From contig CBDDBZ010000027.1 in NCBI GenBank assembly GCA_965225945.1, positions 32,001 through 96,000 of the forward strand: DNA of 64,000 nt. The letters are read 5' to 3'. Shown here one piece after another: positions 20,078 to 31,330 of the stretch; within the stretch, counting starts at the first letter, position 1; every line of letters starts with the position of its first letter. Position numbers and translations under genes: made by a program. The DNA comes from Alphaproteobacteria bacterium (lineage in GTDB: Bacteria; Pseudomonadota; Alphaproteobacteria; GCA-2731375). Under the pieces are notes generated by a model, which did no database searches, had not been told where the DNA came from, and saw only the letters and a list, made by a program, of their open reading frames with translations.

Positions 20078-21223
20078 TCAGCCGAGCCAGCGGGCCAGGC
20101 GGTCGGTCGCCTCGGCGATGTCCTGGGTCGCGCCGGCGAAGGAGAAGCGGAGGTGGCGCGCGCCGTCGACGGGATCGAAATCGTCGCCCGGCGTCGCCGC
20201 GACGCCGGTCGCTCGCAGCATCTCGGCGCAGAAGGCCCCCGCGTCGTTGGTGATCCAGCCGACGTCGGCATAGACGTAAAAGGCGCCGTCGACCGGGGCC
20301 AGCTTCTCGAAGCCGATTCCAGGCAGGCGCTCCAGCAAAATTTCGCGGTTGGCGGCGTAGCGCGCGACGTTGGCCTGGAGTTCCTCGTGGCAATCGAAGG
20401 CGGCGAGGGCGGCGTGCTGGGCCAGCGACGGCGCCGAGATGAAGAGGTTTTGGGCCAGCCGCTCGAAGGGCCGAACCAGATCATCCGGCAATACCGCCCA
20501 GCCGAGCCGCCAACCGGTCATCGAGAAGTATTTCGAGAAGCTGTTGATGACCACGGCATCGGAATCGAAGCGAAGCGCCGTCGGCGCCGGCCCGCCGTAG
20601 GTGATGCCGTGATAGATCTCGTCGGAGATGTAGCGGATGTCATTCTCGCGGCAGTAGCGAAGGATTTGCTCCAACTCGCCCGCATGCAGTATCGAGCCGG
20701 TGGGATTGGCCGGGCTGGCGATCAGCAGGCCATCGAGCCCGGCCCCGCCCGCCGCCTCGAGCGCCGCAAGCGTCGGCTGATAGCGGGTCTCGGGGCCGAC
20801 CGGCACGTCGATGGCCACTATTCCCAGCGCGCCCAGGATGTTGCGGTAGCAGGGATATCCGGGCCGGAGGATCGCCACCTTGTCGCCCGCGTCGAAGGCG
20901 GTAATAAAGCTCAGCAGAAACGCGGCCGACGAGCCGGTGGTGATCGCCACCCGCGCCGCCGGCAGGCTGAGGCCGTAATAGTCCTGGTAATGCTCGGCGA
21001 CCCGGGCGCGCAAGCTATCGATGCCGAGCGCGAGCGTGTAGCCGAGCACGTTCTCGTCGAGCGCCCGTTTCGCCGCCTCGATCACCCCCCGTGGCGCGGG
21101 GGTCGAGGGCTGGCCCACCTCCATGTGCAGGACATCGCCGCCTTGCCGCTCGCGCTCGGCGGCAGCCTTCATCACGTCCATGACGATGAAGGGCGGGATC
21201 GTCGCGCGGCTACCCAGCTTCAC
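20078..21223 (-). CDS. PLP-dependent aminotransferase class I/II
   Basis: SPANPTG, ISDEIYHG, NSFSKYFSMTGWRLG. Confidence 0.95.
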   Translation of the reverse strand: MKLGSRATIPPFIVMDVMKAAAERERQGGDVLHMEVGQPSTPAPRGVIEAAKRALDENVLGYTLALGIDSLRARVAEHYQDYYGLSLPAARVAITTGSSAAFLLSFITAFDAGDKVAILRPGYPCYRNILGALGIVAIDVPVGPETRYQPTLAALEAAGGAGLDGLLIASPANPTGSILHAGELEQILRYCRENDIRYISDEIYHGITYGGPAPTALRFDSDAVVINSFSKYFSMTGWRLGWAVLPDDLVRPFERLAQNLFISAPSLAQHAALAAFDCHEELQANVARYAANREILLERLPGIGFEKLAPVDGAFYVYADVGWITNDAGAFCAEMLRATGVAATPGDDFDPVDGARHLRFSFAGATQDIAEATDRLARWLG

Positions 21224-21233
21224 GCGCGCGGCC

Positions 21234-22722
21234 TCAAAGTGCGGCCCCGATGGCGAGGCCGAAACCCCGCCCGTCGGAGGCAAAGCGGCAGGTCTCGGCC
21301 GAGCGTATCAGGCCGCCCGGACACCAGATCGCCTGTACCCGGCCCAACGCCTTGGCCGGCTTGGCGCCGCTCGCCGGCTGAATGCCTTGGCGCGGCTCCT
21401 GGTAAATCTCGCCCCGGGCGCCATGGCGCATGACGCGGGAGGCCGCCATCGCCCGGTCCAGCGGCGAGACCGCCTCCAGCAGATCGAGCGCGACCTGGGC
21501 CACGGCGCCGGACGCGGCCGGACCGGCCGCGTCCGGCGCCAGATAACCTTGAGCGATATTATGGTTGACCACGATCATCGGCGTCAGGCGCGCCGCATCC
21601 CAGCCCGTCGTCGGCGCCAGGATGACGCCCGCCGCCCGGGCCACCCTGCCGGCGCCGAACGCCCGGCCCATGGTGAAGACGCAGGCCACGATCGAGCCCT
21701 CGGGATCGCCCGCGACGACGGCCGCCTCTCCACTGTCTTCCGGCCGGGTGGAGCCGCTCTTCCGGCCGGGTGGAGCCGCGCCCAGTGCCATATCCGGCGG
21801 CGATCGCCGCCACCCGGGCATCGGGCGAGGCGCGCGCCGCCTCGGGGCGGAGCGAGACGACGATATCGTGAAGCGCGCCGAGCCCGGCCGGCTCCGCCGC
21901 CATGAAGTGGCCTATTTCGTCGCCGAACTCGAGCCGTCGCGTTTCTCGCCAGTTGGCGCGGTAGGCGCGGAGATCGGCGATCGTCACCTTGCCGCCGGCC
22001 GCGCTGGCCCCCTCGACGAAGCTGCGTCCCGCGGCGCCGCCATGCAGGTCGCCGGCGCCCTTCACGCGGATCTGGCTAAGCACGCTGGCGAGCTCCACCC
22101 GGGTCCAGGGATCGCCCTCGCCGATCATGCCCCGCCCATCGGTCCCGAACAGCTCGCGCAGCTCGGCCTCGCGCAAGACCCGACGCCCGCCCGCCCGGAG
22201 CCTGCGCGCGAAGGCCCGCGAGACATTGTGGCCGAAGCGCGCCATACGTTCCGCCGGCGCCACCAAGGCGCTCCAGCCGAGGCGGCCGTAGCGGGCATGC
22301 AGCGCCGCCAGCCCGCGAACCGCGCCGGGCACCGCGATTGCGCCGCCCGCCGAGGGCGAGCGCGGCAGGAACTCGATTCCCTGGGCCTCGTTTGCCGCCG
22401 AATCGTAAACCACGCAGGCGCCCCCACCACCGATGCCGGCGGCCACCGGATAGGTCACGGTCATGGTGAAGAAGGCAGCGATCACCGCGTCCGTCGCGGT
22501 GCCACCGGCGGAGAGCACGTCCCGGGCCACCACCGCCGCATGCGGCTCCTCCGCCGCGACGCCGCCGATGAAGCCTTCCACCGCGCCGATCTCTCCCACC
22601 GGTGGGCGTTTGTCACACGCGCCGAGCAGTATCGTGATCGCCAACCCCAAGACGATCCATTGACCTCTCCGACGGGCGCTCCCATGTTGACGGGAAGGGT
22701 CTGGAGATGGACGCTTGCTCAT
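21234..22722 (-). pseudogene. gamma-glutamyltransferase family lipoprotein, frameshifted
   Basis: GGTATDAV, AGIGGGG, AVPGAVRGL motifs; frame broken by a 22-bp tandem duplication; start uncertain. Confidence 0.8.
21736..21779. repeat. perfect 22-bp tandem duplication
   Basis: TCTTCCGGCCGGGTGGAGCCGC x2. Confidence 0.9.
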
Positions 22723-24076
22723 CACACTCCGAAGTCTCGTAATCGTTTCGACACTCGCTCTGGCCGTGATCGCGAGCACCGCCGAGGCCAGGAAGATGTC
22801 GCTCATCCGTGATGAGGAGGTGGAATCTACCATTCGCGCCTACGCGACGCCAATCTTTCAGGCGGCGGGGCTCGAAGCTTCCCAGGTCCGCATTCACATC
22901 GTGCAAGACAGCTCTCTCAACGCCTTCGTCGCCGGCGGGCAGCGGATCTTCTTCCACACCGGCCTGCTGCTGGGAGCCGAAACGCCCAACCAGTTGATCG
23001 GCATCATCGCGCATGAAACCGGCCACATAGCCGGTGGCCACCTGGCCCGCACGCACGAGGCGCTGCGCGACGCGACGGCCGCCACGATCATCGCCGTCGT
23101 GCTGGGCGGCGTGGCGGCGGCGGCCGGTGGCGGGGCCGCCGCCGGCGCGATCATCATCGGCAGCGGCGCCGCCGGGCAAAGCGTCTTCCTCCGCTACACC
23201 CGGACACAGGAAGCGGCCGCGGACCAAGCCGCGATCAAGCTGCTGGAGCAAACCGGCCAGTCGAGCCTCGGCCTGTTGCAATTCATCGAGAAACTGGGCG
23301 ATCAGGAACTGCTGGTGGCGGCGAGCCAGGATCCCTATGTCCGAAGCCACCCCTTGAGCCAGGACCGGGCGCAATCGCTCCGCACCCACGTCTCGCGCTC
23401 CAAGCTGACTGGTCGCCTCGACCGGCCCGCTTACGTGGCGATGCATGCCCGCATGCGGGCGAAGCTCTATGCCTTTCTCGAAAGCTACGCGATTACGCTC
23501 AGGCGCTATCCCGAGCGCGATAGCAGCCTGCCAGCCCGCTACGCCCGGGCCATCGTGACCCATCGCCACAAAAATTCGGAGCGCGCGGTCGAGCTCACCG
23601 ACGAGCTGATCCGCGAGCATCCTAACGATCCATACTTTTGGGAATTGAAGGGCCAGATCCTGGTCGAGTCCGGGCGGGTGGTCGAAGGCATGACGGCCTA
23701 CGAAGAGGCGGTCAGGTTGCGTCCCGACAGCACCTTGCTTCGCGTCGGCTTGGCCCAGGCACAGGTCGAATCCCAGGAACCCGCGGCGGCCCGCGCGGCG
23801 ATCGTCAACCTAGAACTGGCGCGCCGGCGCGAGCCGGACGATCCCTCGATCTGGCGCTGGCTCGCGGCCGCCCATGGCATGATCGGCGAGGAGCCCCGCG
23901 CCGCCCTGGCGACGGCCGAGCGCTATGCGCTGTTGAACCGCTGGCGCGAGGCAGGCGGTCAGGCACGGCGCGCGCTCAAGGGCTTCTCGCCCGGCTCGCC
24001 GAGCTATCTCCGGGCCCAGGACATCGCCAACGTCGCCGCCCACAAGACCCGCCGCGACCGTGGCGGCCGGCGCTGA
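22715..24076 (+). CDS. M48 family metalloprotease with TPR domain (BepA/YfgC-like)
   Basis: signal peptide, LIRDEE, LNAFVAGG, AHETGH, EAAAD, SHPL, TPR C-terminus. Confidence 0.93.
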   Translation: MLITLRSLVIVSTLALAVIASTAEARKMSLIRDEEVESTIRAYATPIFQAAGLEASQVRIHIVQDSSLNAFVAGGQRIFFHTGLLLGAETPNQLIGIIAHETGHIAGGHLARTHEALRDATAATIIAVVLGGVAAAAGGGAAAGAIIIGSGAAGQSVFLRYTRTQEAAADQAAIKLLEQTGQSSLGLLQFIEKLGDQELLVAASQDPYVRSHPLSQDRAQSLRTHVSRSKLTGRLDRPAYVAMHARMRAKLYAFLESYAITLRRYPERDSSLPARYARAIVTHRHKNSERAVELTDELIREHPNDPYFWELKGQILVESGRVVEGMTAYEEAVRLRPDSTLLRVGLAQAQVESQEPAAARAAIVNLELARRREPDDPSIWRWLAAAHGMIGEEPRAALATAERYALLNRWREAGGQARRALKGFSPGSPSYLRAQDIANVAAHKTRRDRGGRR

Positions 24077-24331
24077 GCGATCGCCGAAGGTGGCTTGGCG
24101 GCCTTCGCCGCCGGCGTCGCCGCCGCCCAGCGGGAAGGCGATATTCCAGCGCTCGGCTCCGGCTGAGGGCGCCAGGGGCCACGACAAGCTCGGAGGCGGT
24201 GGCGGACCCGAAAAACGGTCGCGGCCCGCCTCCGATTTTCTCTTTCGCTTTTGAAGTGTGTCGAAGGGCGCTGCGGCTTCGCTCCCGGAGGGTGTCGAGG
24301 GGCTCTCCGGCGGCGAAATGGCCTACTCATT

Positions 24332-24373
24332 GTGTGCTCAAACGTACTCAAAGTGTGCTCAAACGTACTCAAA
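24332..24373. repeat. 21-bp tandem duplication, intergenic
   Basis: GTGTGCTCAAACGTACTCAAA x2. Confidence 0.9.
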
Positions 24374-24684
24374 ATCGCCCGAAAATGAATGCATTTCCGT
24401 CCAAATGAGTGCTTTCGCTTCGCTCGGGGCCCGCAATGAGGTCCTACGCGGAGGGTTTCTCAGGGCGCCGCGAGGGCCGGCCTCGAGCCTCGTCGTCGGC
24501 GGGACGGCGAGTCCCTCCGACCGTGGTCCGACCTGCATCGCATGGTGGCCCCCACAGCCCACGGGATGAAGGGCGGCTCGTGGCTCTCGGTGCGTTTGGC
24601 GTGACCCGGCGTCGAGGAAACGGAAAACCGTTGCCCGAAATCCCAGGTGAAGCCACGCCTTCGACAGGTCAGCGAAAAATACGA

Positions 24685-24713
24685 TTGACGTACATCATCA
24701 ATTCTTGTAAGCT
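24685..24713 (+). promoter_or_regulatory. sigma70-like promoter of higBA with operator-like palindrome
   Basis: TTGACG-17bp-TAAGCT; imperfect palindrome TTGACG..CATCAA overlaps the -35. Confidence 0.5.
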
Positions 24714-24798
24714 GGTGGCAGATGATTATCGACTATCGAGACAAAAAACAGAAGCGTTTGCAGCCGGTGAGTTCGTCAAGGCCTTTCAGGGATTCGAA

Positions 24799-24972
24799 CA
24801 GGGCAATCGCGTGAACGCGATTGCCCTGGATTGTTCTTGTTCCCTCAGACGCCGGGCGCGCCCAATCGGGCGCTCGGGCGCTGCTCGCATGGGCTCGCGG
24901 GGCCTCAATGGCCCATTCGCGGCGGTTGACGCGGTATCAAGGCCGTGTCCCTCACTTCACGCGATTGCCCTG
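24799..24972. mobile_element. 174-bp MITE with ISAs1-like ends
   Basis: 17-bp TIR CAGGGCAATCGCGTGAA / TTCACGCGATTGCCCTG; 10-bp TSD GGGATTCGAA at 24789-24798 and 24973-24982. Confidence 0.8.
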
Positions 24973-25157
24973 GGGATTCGAACAGCGGGCCGAAAGAAGG
25001 CTGGCCGTATTGGACGCGGGGGACCCTTCGAGGGCTGCGCGGCAACCTTTGAGGCCTCGGCGAGACCCTTCGAGGGCTGCGCGGCAACCGCTTTGAGGCC
25101 TCTCGGCGGCGAGCATAAAGGGGGGTCTGTCAATCGGAATATTCCGTTGAACATTGA

Positions 25158-25564
25158 CGAGTGCCGGATTATTCACAAATAGCCTGTATCGGCGTGCGGA
25201 TTGAGGAACGTTCTTGCGTGTCGCTTCGTCTTCGCTGCGACTCAAAACGCGCAGGAGACCAGGCGCGGTTCGCAACGATTCGTGCCAGCGCGTCGCTTTC
25301 TTCGACTAGTGCCGTCAATCGCTCAGACGATGTCGTTTCATCAGCAGCTTCCCGTCTGGCCGTGGGTTTCTTCGTTTTTCCCTTGGTCGCCACCGTTCCG
25401 TCCCCCGATGTTAAGTACGTGACATGAATTAAACTCCGGTTCGGTTTTCAGAACAATCAAGAATTAGCCGGATCGCCTCCTCAATGCGCCTGCGCCGGCC
25501 CTTGCCTGCAGTCCAAGGAGACACACTACATATAGTGGGTGTGGGTGATAACCGGATAGGCAAG
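25158..25564 (-). mobile_element. 755-bp element, partial/garbled copy 2, in the IS21-A end
   Basis: intact TIR ending 25564; GAACATTG at 25149-25156 and 25565-25572; internal indels. Confidence 0.85.
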
Positions 25565-25753
25565 GAACATTGACCCCCTATCGGCGTGCAATGTTGACCC
25601 CTTTGGGGATGCACGGCGGAGGTCGTACAGGTAGTCCATAGGAGGGGCCCGCGCGCGGGCCGACGCGCCCACCACGCGGCTGGCGGCGGACCGCGCGTGG
25701 GAGGTTCCTGTGGGCCCACCTGGGCGACCGGGCGGCAGGTGGATCGGTTGCCT

Positions 25754-26482
25754 TTAGGACCGATTCTTGAAGCGCCAGGAGTCGTTTCCGGTCTCGATGA
25801 TCTCGCAGTGGTGCGTCAGACGATCGAGGAGCGCGGTGGTCATCTTGGCGTCGCCGAAGACGGACGGCCATTCGCCGAAGGTCAGGTTGGTGGTGACGAT
25901 GATCGAGGTGCGCTCGTAGAGCCGGCTGACGAGGTGGAACAGCAGCTGGCCTCCGGTTTGGGCGAAGGGCAGGTAGCCGAGCTCGTCGAGGATGACGAGG
26001 TCGCGCCGGGCCAGCTGATCGGCGAGCCGGCCCTGGCGGCCGGCGCGGGCTTCGGCCTCGAGCCGGTTGACCAGGTCGACGACGTTGAAGAAGCGGCCCC
26101 GGGCGCCATCGCGGATGCAGGCCCGCGCGATGGCGACGGCGAGATGGCTCTTGCCGGTGCCGGTGCCGCCGATCAGCACGGCGTTGCGCTGGTTGGCCAG
26201 GAAGCCGCCGACCGCCAACTCGCGGACCAGCGGCTCGTTGACCGGGGTGTCGGTGAAGTCGAAGTCGGCCAGCTCCTTGGCCAGCGGCAGCTTGGCGCCA
26301 CTCATCTGGTACTTGATGGATCGCGCCTGCTTGTCGGCGATCTCGGCCTTCAACAGCTCGCCGATGATTCGCTGCATCGGATGCTGGCGCTTGAGGCCGT
26401 CGGCGAGCACCTCGTCGAACGCGTCGCGCATGCCGGCGAGCTTGAGTGCGGCCATCATCTCCAGGACCTCATGGCGCTCCAT
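25754..26482 (-). CDS. istB: IS21 helper ATPase IstB
   Basis: GGTGTGKS Walker [20 protein letters not shown]. Confidence 0.95.
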   Translation of the reverse strand: MERHEVLEMMAALKLAGMRDAFDEVLADGLKRQHPMQRIIGELLKAEIADKQARSIKYQMSGAKLPLAKELADFDFTDTPVNEPLVRELAVGGFLANQRNAVLIGGTGTGKSHLAVAIARACIRDGARGRFFNVVDLVNRLEAEARAGRQGRLADQLARRDLVILDELGYLPFAQTGGQLLFHLVSRLYERTSIIVTTNLTFGEWPSVFGDAKMTTALLDRLTHHCEIIETGNDSWRFKNRS

Positions 26483-27397
26483 GGCCGACCCCCCTCAAGC
26501 GGTCGTAGCGGGTGCAATCGGCCACCGGCTCAAAGCGAAGACGCAGGTTCGCGGGCGTCGGGATCGGCGCCGTCTCGGACGGCTGGCGCCGACGATTGAG
26601 GATGTTGAGCACGACGTCGGCGCTGCACACGCCGCCAGCGAGCGCCTCGGCACAGGCGGCCTCCACCGCCGCCAGCCCATCCGCCAGCACGGCGGTGAGG
26701 ATCTCGACCATCTGCCTGTCGCCGTCGTCGTGGCCGGCGAGCCGGACGCGCACGCGACCCAGGGCGCCGGGCAGCGCCCAGTCCTTGAACGGCGCGCCGT
26801 TACGAAGCGCACCGGGCTTCCTCGCCAGCACGGGCACGTAGTGCCACGGGTCATAGACGGTCTGGTCGCGGCCGAAGCGCCGGGCATGCTCGGCGACGAT
26901 CTCGCCGTCCTGGCGGATGACGATGCGATCGGCGTAGGCATGGACCTCGACCGGACGGCCGACGGCGCGCGCCGCCACGCTGTACTTGTTGCTGTCTGTC
27001 GGTGGCGATGAAAAACCGCGCTTAGATGGTGATTTCAGCGACATCGGGCATCGTGGCGCTGTAGCTGCGTGGTTTGCAGGCGGGAGTTGGCTCGGCGCAG
27101 CGGTGGGTAAGTAGCCCGCCGCGGCGACCGCCAAGAGTCTGGCGGCGGCGGGCTGCTTATCCACCGCGGGCGGGCGTCTCGATTCCTGTTTTGGCTGGCT
27201 GGCGGCGGCGGTTCCGCGGACCTGACAAGGGGAGCCGCGGGAGTACACTCGGGCCGCTGAGAACGATGCGGCGCCGGCCCCGTTTGCTTGCTGGCAACGA
27301 CCGGCACCGCACCCCCCGAGCCATGCAAGGCACGACCCATATGCGCAGTATCGTGCGGGTTTGGGCGTGGGTCCACCCCGTTCTCATCGGCTGCGCG

Positions 27398-27838
27398 ATG
27401 AAGAACACCGCCCGCCTGTTCAACTGCGCCTCGTGCCATCAACAGGTGGTTCTCTGCCGGCACTGCGACCACGGCAACATCTACTGTTCACGGAGCTGCA
27501 GCGATCGGGTGCGCCGGCGATCGCAGCGCCATGCCGGGCAGCGCTACCAGAACAGCCGGCGGGGCCGTCACAAGCATGCTGAGCGCCAGCGGCGCTATCG
27601 CGAACGCCGGCGGCGCCGGACGCCGGTGAATCGGCGCCGCGGGCAGGAAGTGACGCATCACCCTTTGACCGCCGCGCGGCGGCGTCCTGTTGTGGTGCGG
27701 ACGCCGGCAGGGCGTCCCGGAACACGGCCCTTCGGGCACGAGCGGCCCGCCAGGGTCTTCCGCTGCGATCGCTGCGGCCGGTTCTGCGGGCAGGCGGTCT
27801 ATCCGGGGCTGCGCCCGACGGGAAAGGGGGTGAGATGA
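27398..27838 (+). CDS. Cys-rich, Arg-rich hypothetical protein coupled to istA
   Basis: CASC, CRHC, CSRSC, CDRC motifs; stop overlaps the istA start region. Confidence 0.65.
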   Translation: MKNTARLFNCASCHQQVVLCRHCDHGNIYCSRSCSDRVRRRSQRHAGQRYQNSRRGRHKHAERQRRYRERRRRRTPVNRRRGQEVTHHPLTAARRRPVVVRTPAGRPGTRPFGHERPARVFRCDRCGRFCGQAVYPGLRPTGKGVR

Positions 27839-29340
27839 CCATCGACAAGGAGACCCGCGCGGAGATCCTGCGCCTGTATCACGTCGAGAAGTGGACGGTC
27901 GGCACGATCACACGCCAGCTCGGCGTGCATCGCTACACCGTCGAGCGCCTCCTCACCGCGGCCGGCGAGCCCCGGGACGCGAGGTCGCCCAGGCCGTCGA
28001 TGATCGATCCATACGTGCCGTTCATCGCCGAGACGCTGGCATCCTGGCCGACGCTGCCCGCCAGCCGGCTCTACCAGATGGTGCGCGAACGCGGCTATCC
28101 GGGCGGCGGCGACCACTTCCGTCATCTGCTCAGCCACTTCAGGCCCAGGCCCGTGGCCGAGGCCTATCTGCGCCTCAAGACCCTTCCCGGCGAGCAGGCC
28201 CAGGTCGACTGGGGACACTTCGGCAAGGTGACGATCGGCCGCGCGGAGCGCCGCCTGATGGGCTTCGTGATGGTTCTCAGCTACTCGCGGCGGATCTTCC
28301 TGCGCTTCTACCTCGACGCCGGGATGAGCAACTTCCTGCGCGGCCATGTCGAAGCCTTCGAGGCGTGGCAGGGCGTGCCCCGCGAGCTCTGGTACGACAA
28401 CCTGAAGAGCGTCGTGCTGGAGCGCCGCGGCGCCGCCATCCGGTTCAATCCCCGGATCCTCGACCTCGCCGGCCACTACCACTTCCTGCCCAAGCCCGTC
28501 GCGGTCGCGCGCGGCAACGAGAAGGGGCGCGTGGAGCGGGCGATTCGCTATGTCCGGACCAGCTTCTTCGCCGCCCGCCGGTGGCGCGATATCGACGATC
28601 TCAACGCCCAGGCCCTGGCCTGGTGCCACGGCATCGCCGCCGACCGCCCCTGGCCCGAAGACCGCTCGATCACCGTGCGCGAGGCCTTCGAGCGGGAACG
28701 CGGCTCTCTCATCGCGCTGCCCGGCGATCCCTTCCCCGACCACGACCGGGTCGAGGTCGCCATCGGCAAGACCCCCTACGCCCGCTTCGATCTCAACGAT
28801 TACAGCGTGCCGCACACCCATGTGCGGCGCACCCTCGTCGTGGTCGCGACGCTCGACGAGGTGCGCATCCTCGACGGTGTGGACGTCATCGCCAGCCATC
28901 CGCGCAGCTTCGACAAGGCGGCCCGCATCGAGAACCCCGAGCACATCGCCGAGCTGGTCAGGCGCAAGAGCCATGCCCGCCGCCTTCGCGGCCAGGACCG
29001 GCTGGTCCAGGCCGCGCCCAACAGCGAGCGCCTGCTCGCCGAGGCCGCCCAGCGCGGCGGCTATATAGGCGCCACCGTCGCCGCCCTGTTGCGCCTCCTC
29101 GACGCCTACGGCGCCGCCGAGCTCGAGGCGGCCATCGACGAGGCCCTGAAGCGGGACGTTCCCCATCCCAACGCCGTGCGCCTGAGCCTGACCCGGCGGC
29201 GCGAGCTGCGGCACCAACCCCCGCCCATCCCCGTCGAACTGCCCGGCGATCCGAGAGTGCGCGACATCACTGTCCGCGATCACGACCTCGTCGGATACGA
29301 CGGGCTGGCCGGCGAACCCGAGGAGGACAGCGAGCAATGA
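27835..29340 (+). CDS. istA: IS21 transposase IstA
   Basis: [29 protein letters not shown]. Confidence 0.95.
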   Translation: MTIDKETRAEILRLYHVEKWTVGTITRQLGVHRYTVERLLTAAGEPRDARSPRPSMIDPYVPFIAETLASWPTLPASRLYQMVRERGYPGGGDHFRHLLSHFRPRPVAEAYLRLKTLPGEQAQVDWGHFGKVTIGRAERRLMGFVMVLSYSRRIFLRFYLDAGMSNFLRGHVEAFEAWQGVPRELWYDNLKSVVLERRGAAIRFNPRILDLAGHYHFLPKPVAVARGNEKGRVERAIRYVRTSFFAARRWRDIDDLNAQALAWCHGIAADRPWPEDRSITVREAFERERGSLIALPGDPFPDHDRVEVAIGKTPYARFDLNDYSVPHTHVRRTLVVVATLDEVRILDGVDVIASHPRSFDKAARIENPEHIAELVRRKSHARRLRGQDRLVQAAPNSERLLAEAAQRGGYIGATVAALLRLLDAYGAAELEAAIDEALKRDVPHPNAVRLSLTRRRELRHQPPPIPVELPGDPRVRDITVRDHDLVGYDGLAGEPEEDSEQ

Positions 29341-30125
29341 ACGATACCCTCATGGGCCGTGCCCGGGCGCTCGGCCTGCACGGCCTCGCCGCCCACTGGG
29401 GCGAGGTCGCCGGGCATGACTGGCCCGCTGCGCTGGTCGCCTGGGAAGAGGAGGAACGGCGAAGCCGCAGCCTCAAGCGCCGCCTCGGCGACGCCCGCCT
29501 CGGACAGTTCAAGCCGCTCGCCGACTTCGACTGGGCATGGCCGCGCCGCTGCGACCGCATGGCCGTCGAGGATCTCATGAGCCTCGAGTTCCTCAACGAG
29601 GCCGCCAACGTCGTCCTGGTCGGCCCAAACGGCGTCGGCAAGTCGACCATCGCCGCCAATATCGCCCACCGCGCCGTCCTCGAGGGCCACACCGTGCGCT
29701 TCGCCACCGCGGCCAGCATGCTCGGCGAGCTCGCCGCCCTCGACAGCGACACCCTGCTTCAGCGCAGGCTGCGCTTCTACGCCCGCCAGCACCTGCTGGT
29801 GATCGACGAGGTCGGATACCTGTCCTACAGCAACCGCCATGCCGATCTGCTGTTCAACATCGTCTCCAGCCGCAGCCAGCAGAACTCCACCATAATCACC
29901 ACCAACCGGCCCTTCGCCGAGTGGGGTGAGGCCTTCCCCAACGCCGCCTGCCTCGTCGCCCTGGTCGACCGCCTCGTCCACAACGCCGAGATCATCGCCA
30001 TCGACGCCGAGTCCTGGCGCCGCAAGGAGGCCGAGGAACGCCAGAAGCAGCGCAGCGCCGAGCGCCGCCGGCGGCGAGCCGGCAAGGCCGGCGCGCAGGA
30101 CCGCGGGGAACCGCCGCCGGCGTAG
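29337..30125 (+). CDS. istB: IS21 helper ATPase IstB
   Basis: [22 protein letters not shown]; ATGA overlap with istA. Confidence 0.93.
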   Translation: MNDTLMGRARALGLHGLAAHWGEVAGHDWPAALVAWEEEERRSRSLKRRLGDARLGQFKPLADFDWAWPRRCDRMAVEDLMSLEFLNEAANVVLVGPNGVGKSTIAANIAHRAVLEGHTVRFATAASMLGELAALDSDTLLQRRLRFYARQHLLVIDEVGYLSYSNRHADLLFNIVSSRSQQNSTIITTNRPFAEWGEAFPNAACLVALVDRLVHNAEIIAIDAESWRRKEAEERQKQRSAERRRRRAGKAGAQDRGEPPPA

Positions 30126-30127
30126 CC

Positions 30128-31330
30128 ATGGATGGTCCCCGCCTCTGGGACCGGCGGGTGCGGGCCGATTTTCCTGAGGCCCTGCGAGGCTATCCCCTCG
30201 AAGACGTCGTCCGCCGCCTTCGGCTACCGCCGCAATCCCACCGATGCCGCGCGCTGGAGGCGTCCCGGACTCAAAACGCGCAGGAGACTAACAGGCGCGG
30301 ACGGGTTCTTCGCAACGATTCGTGCCAGCGCGTCGCTTTCTTCGACTAGTGCCGTCAATCGCTCAGACGATGTCGTTTCATCAGCAGCTTCCCGTCTGGC
30401 CGTGGGTTTCTTCGTTCCCTTGGTCGCCACCGTTCCGTCCCCCGATGTTAAGTACGTGACGTGAATTAAACTCCGGTTCGGTTTTCAGAACAATCAAGAA
30501 TTAGCCGGATCGCCTCCTCAATGCGCCTGCGCCGGCCCTTGCCTGCAGTCCAAGGAGACACACTACATATAGTGGGTGTGGGTGATAACCGGATAGGCAA
30601 GCTACGAACATCTGCGCGGCGAGGGCGGGGGCGGAGCGATCGAATCCATGCCTGCCGGTGCACCGTGCCCGAGGCCCTCGGCTTCTTCTCGGAACTGCCG
30701 TGCCGTGACCGGTTCCCGGCCGATCGCCACCCGAAGCCGCCGTGCCCGGACCGCCACTGGCCCGCCATCCAGAGCTACCTCGTCGAGCAGCGCGGCCTCG
30801 CGGATGTGCTCGTCGCCCTGTGCCGCGACCTCGGCTTGCTCTACGCCGACCGCCACGGCAACGCCGTGTTCGTCCGCCGAAACGCGGCCGGCGAGGCTCT
30901 CGGCGCCGAGATCGTCCCTGCCGCGGCGCCACGCCGCCTCGCGCCGACCGGCGCCGCCGCGCGCGGCGGCTTCTGGATGTCGTGGGAACCCGACTGGCCG
31001 AACTCCGTCATCCTCGCCAAGAACGCAATCGACGCCCTGTCGGTCCTCTCCCTCCACCTCGTCCCGGCCGGGCGCAAGGGATGCGCCGTGGTCTCAACCG
31101 GCGGCGCCACCGCAAGCCTCCCCGAATGGATCGAGGCCTGGAACCCCGGCCGGATCTTCTGCGCCTACGACGCCACCCGCCAGGGCGATGACGCCGCGGC
31201 ACGGCTCATCCGAAACGACAGCAGGGTCGTCCGCCTGCGCCCTGCCCTCGACGGCCTGGACTGGAACGACATGCTCATGCGCGACCGCGCCGGCGAACCG
31301 CTCCAGATCGATGACCGGCCCCTCGACTGA
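30128..31330 (+). pseudogene. DUF3991/toprim primase-like gene interrupted by the 755-bp element
   Basis: GEGGGGAI, YLVEQRGL, LLYADRHGNAVF, AIDALS, AYD..GD, DWND toprim-like motifs. Confidence 0.7.
30268..30601 (-). mobile_element. 755-bp element, partial copy 3
   Basis: near-identical to 63498-63834 with intact TIR ending 30601; other end missing. Confidence 0.88.

Noticed and set aside
27891-30125. 744-aa ORF suggesting an extended IstB
   Set aside because: The N-terminal part is an off-frame overlap of istA; IstB starts at the ATGA overlap at 29337.
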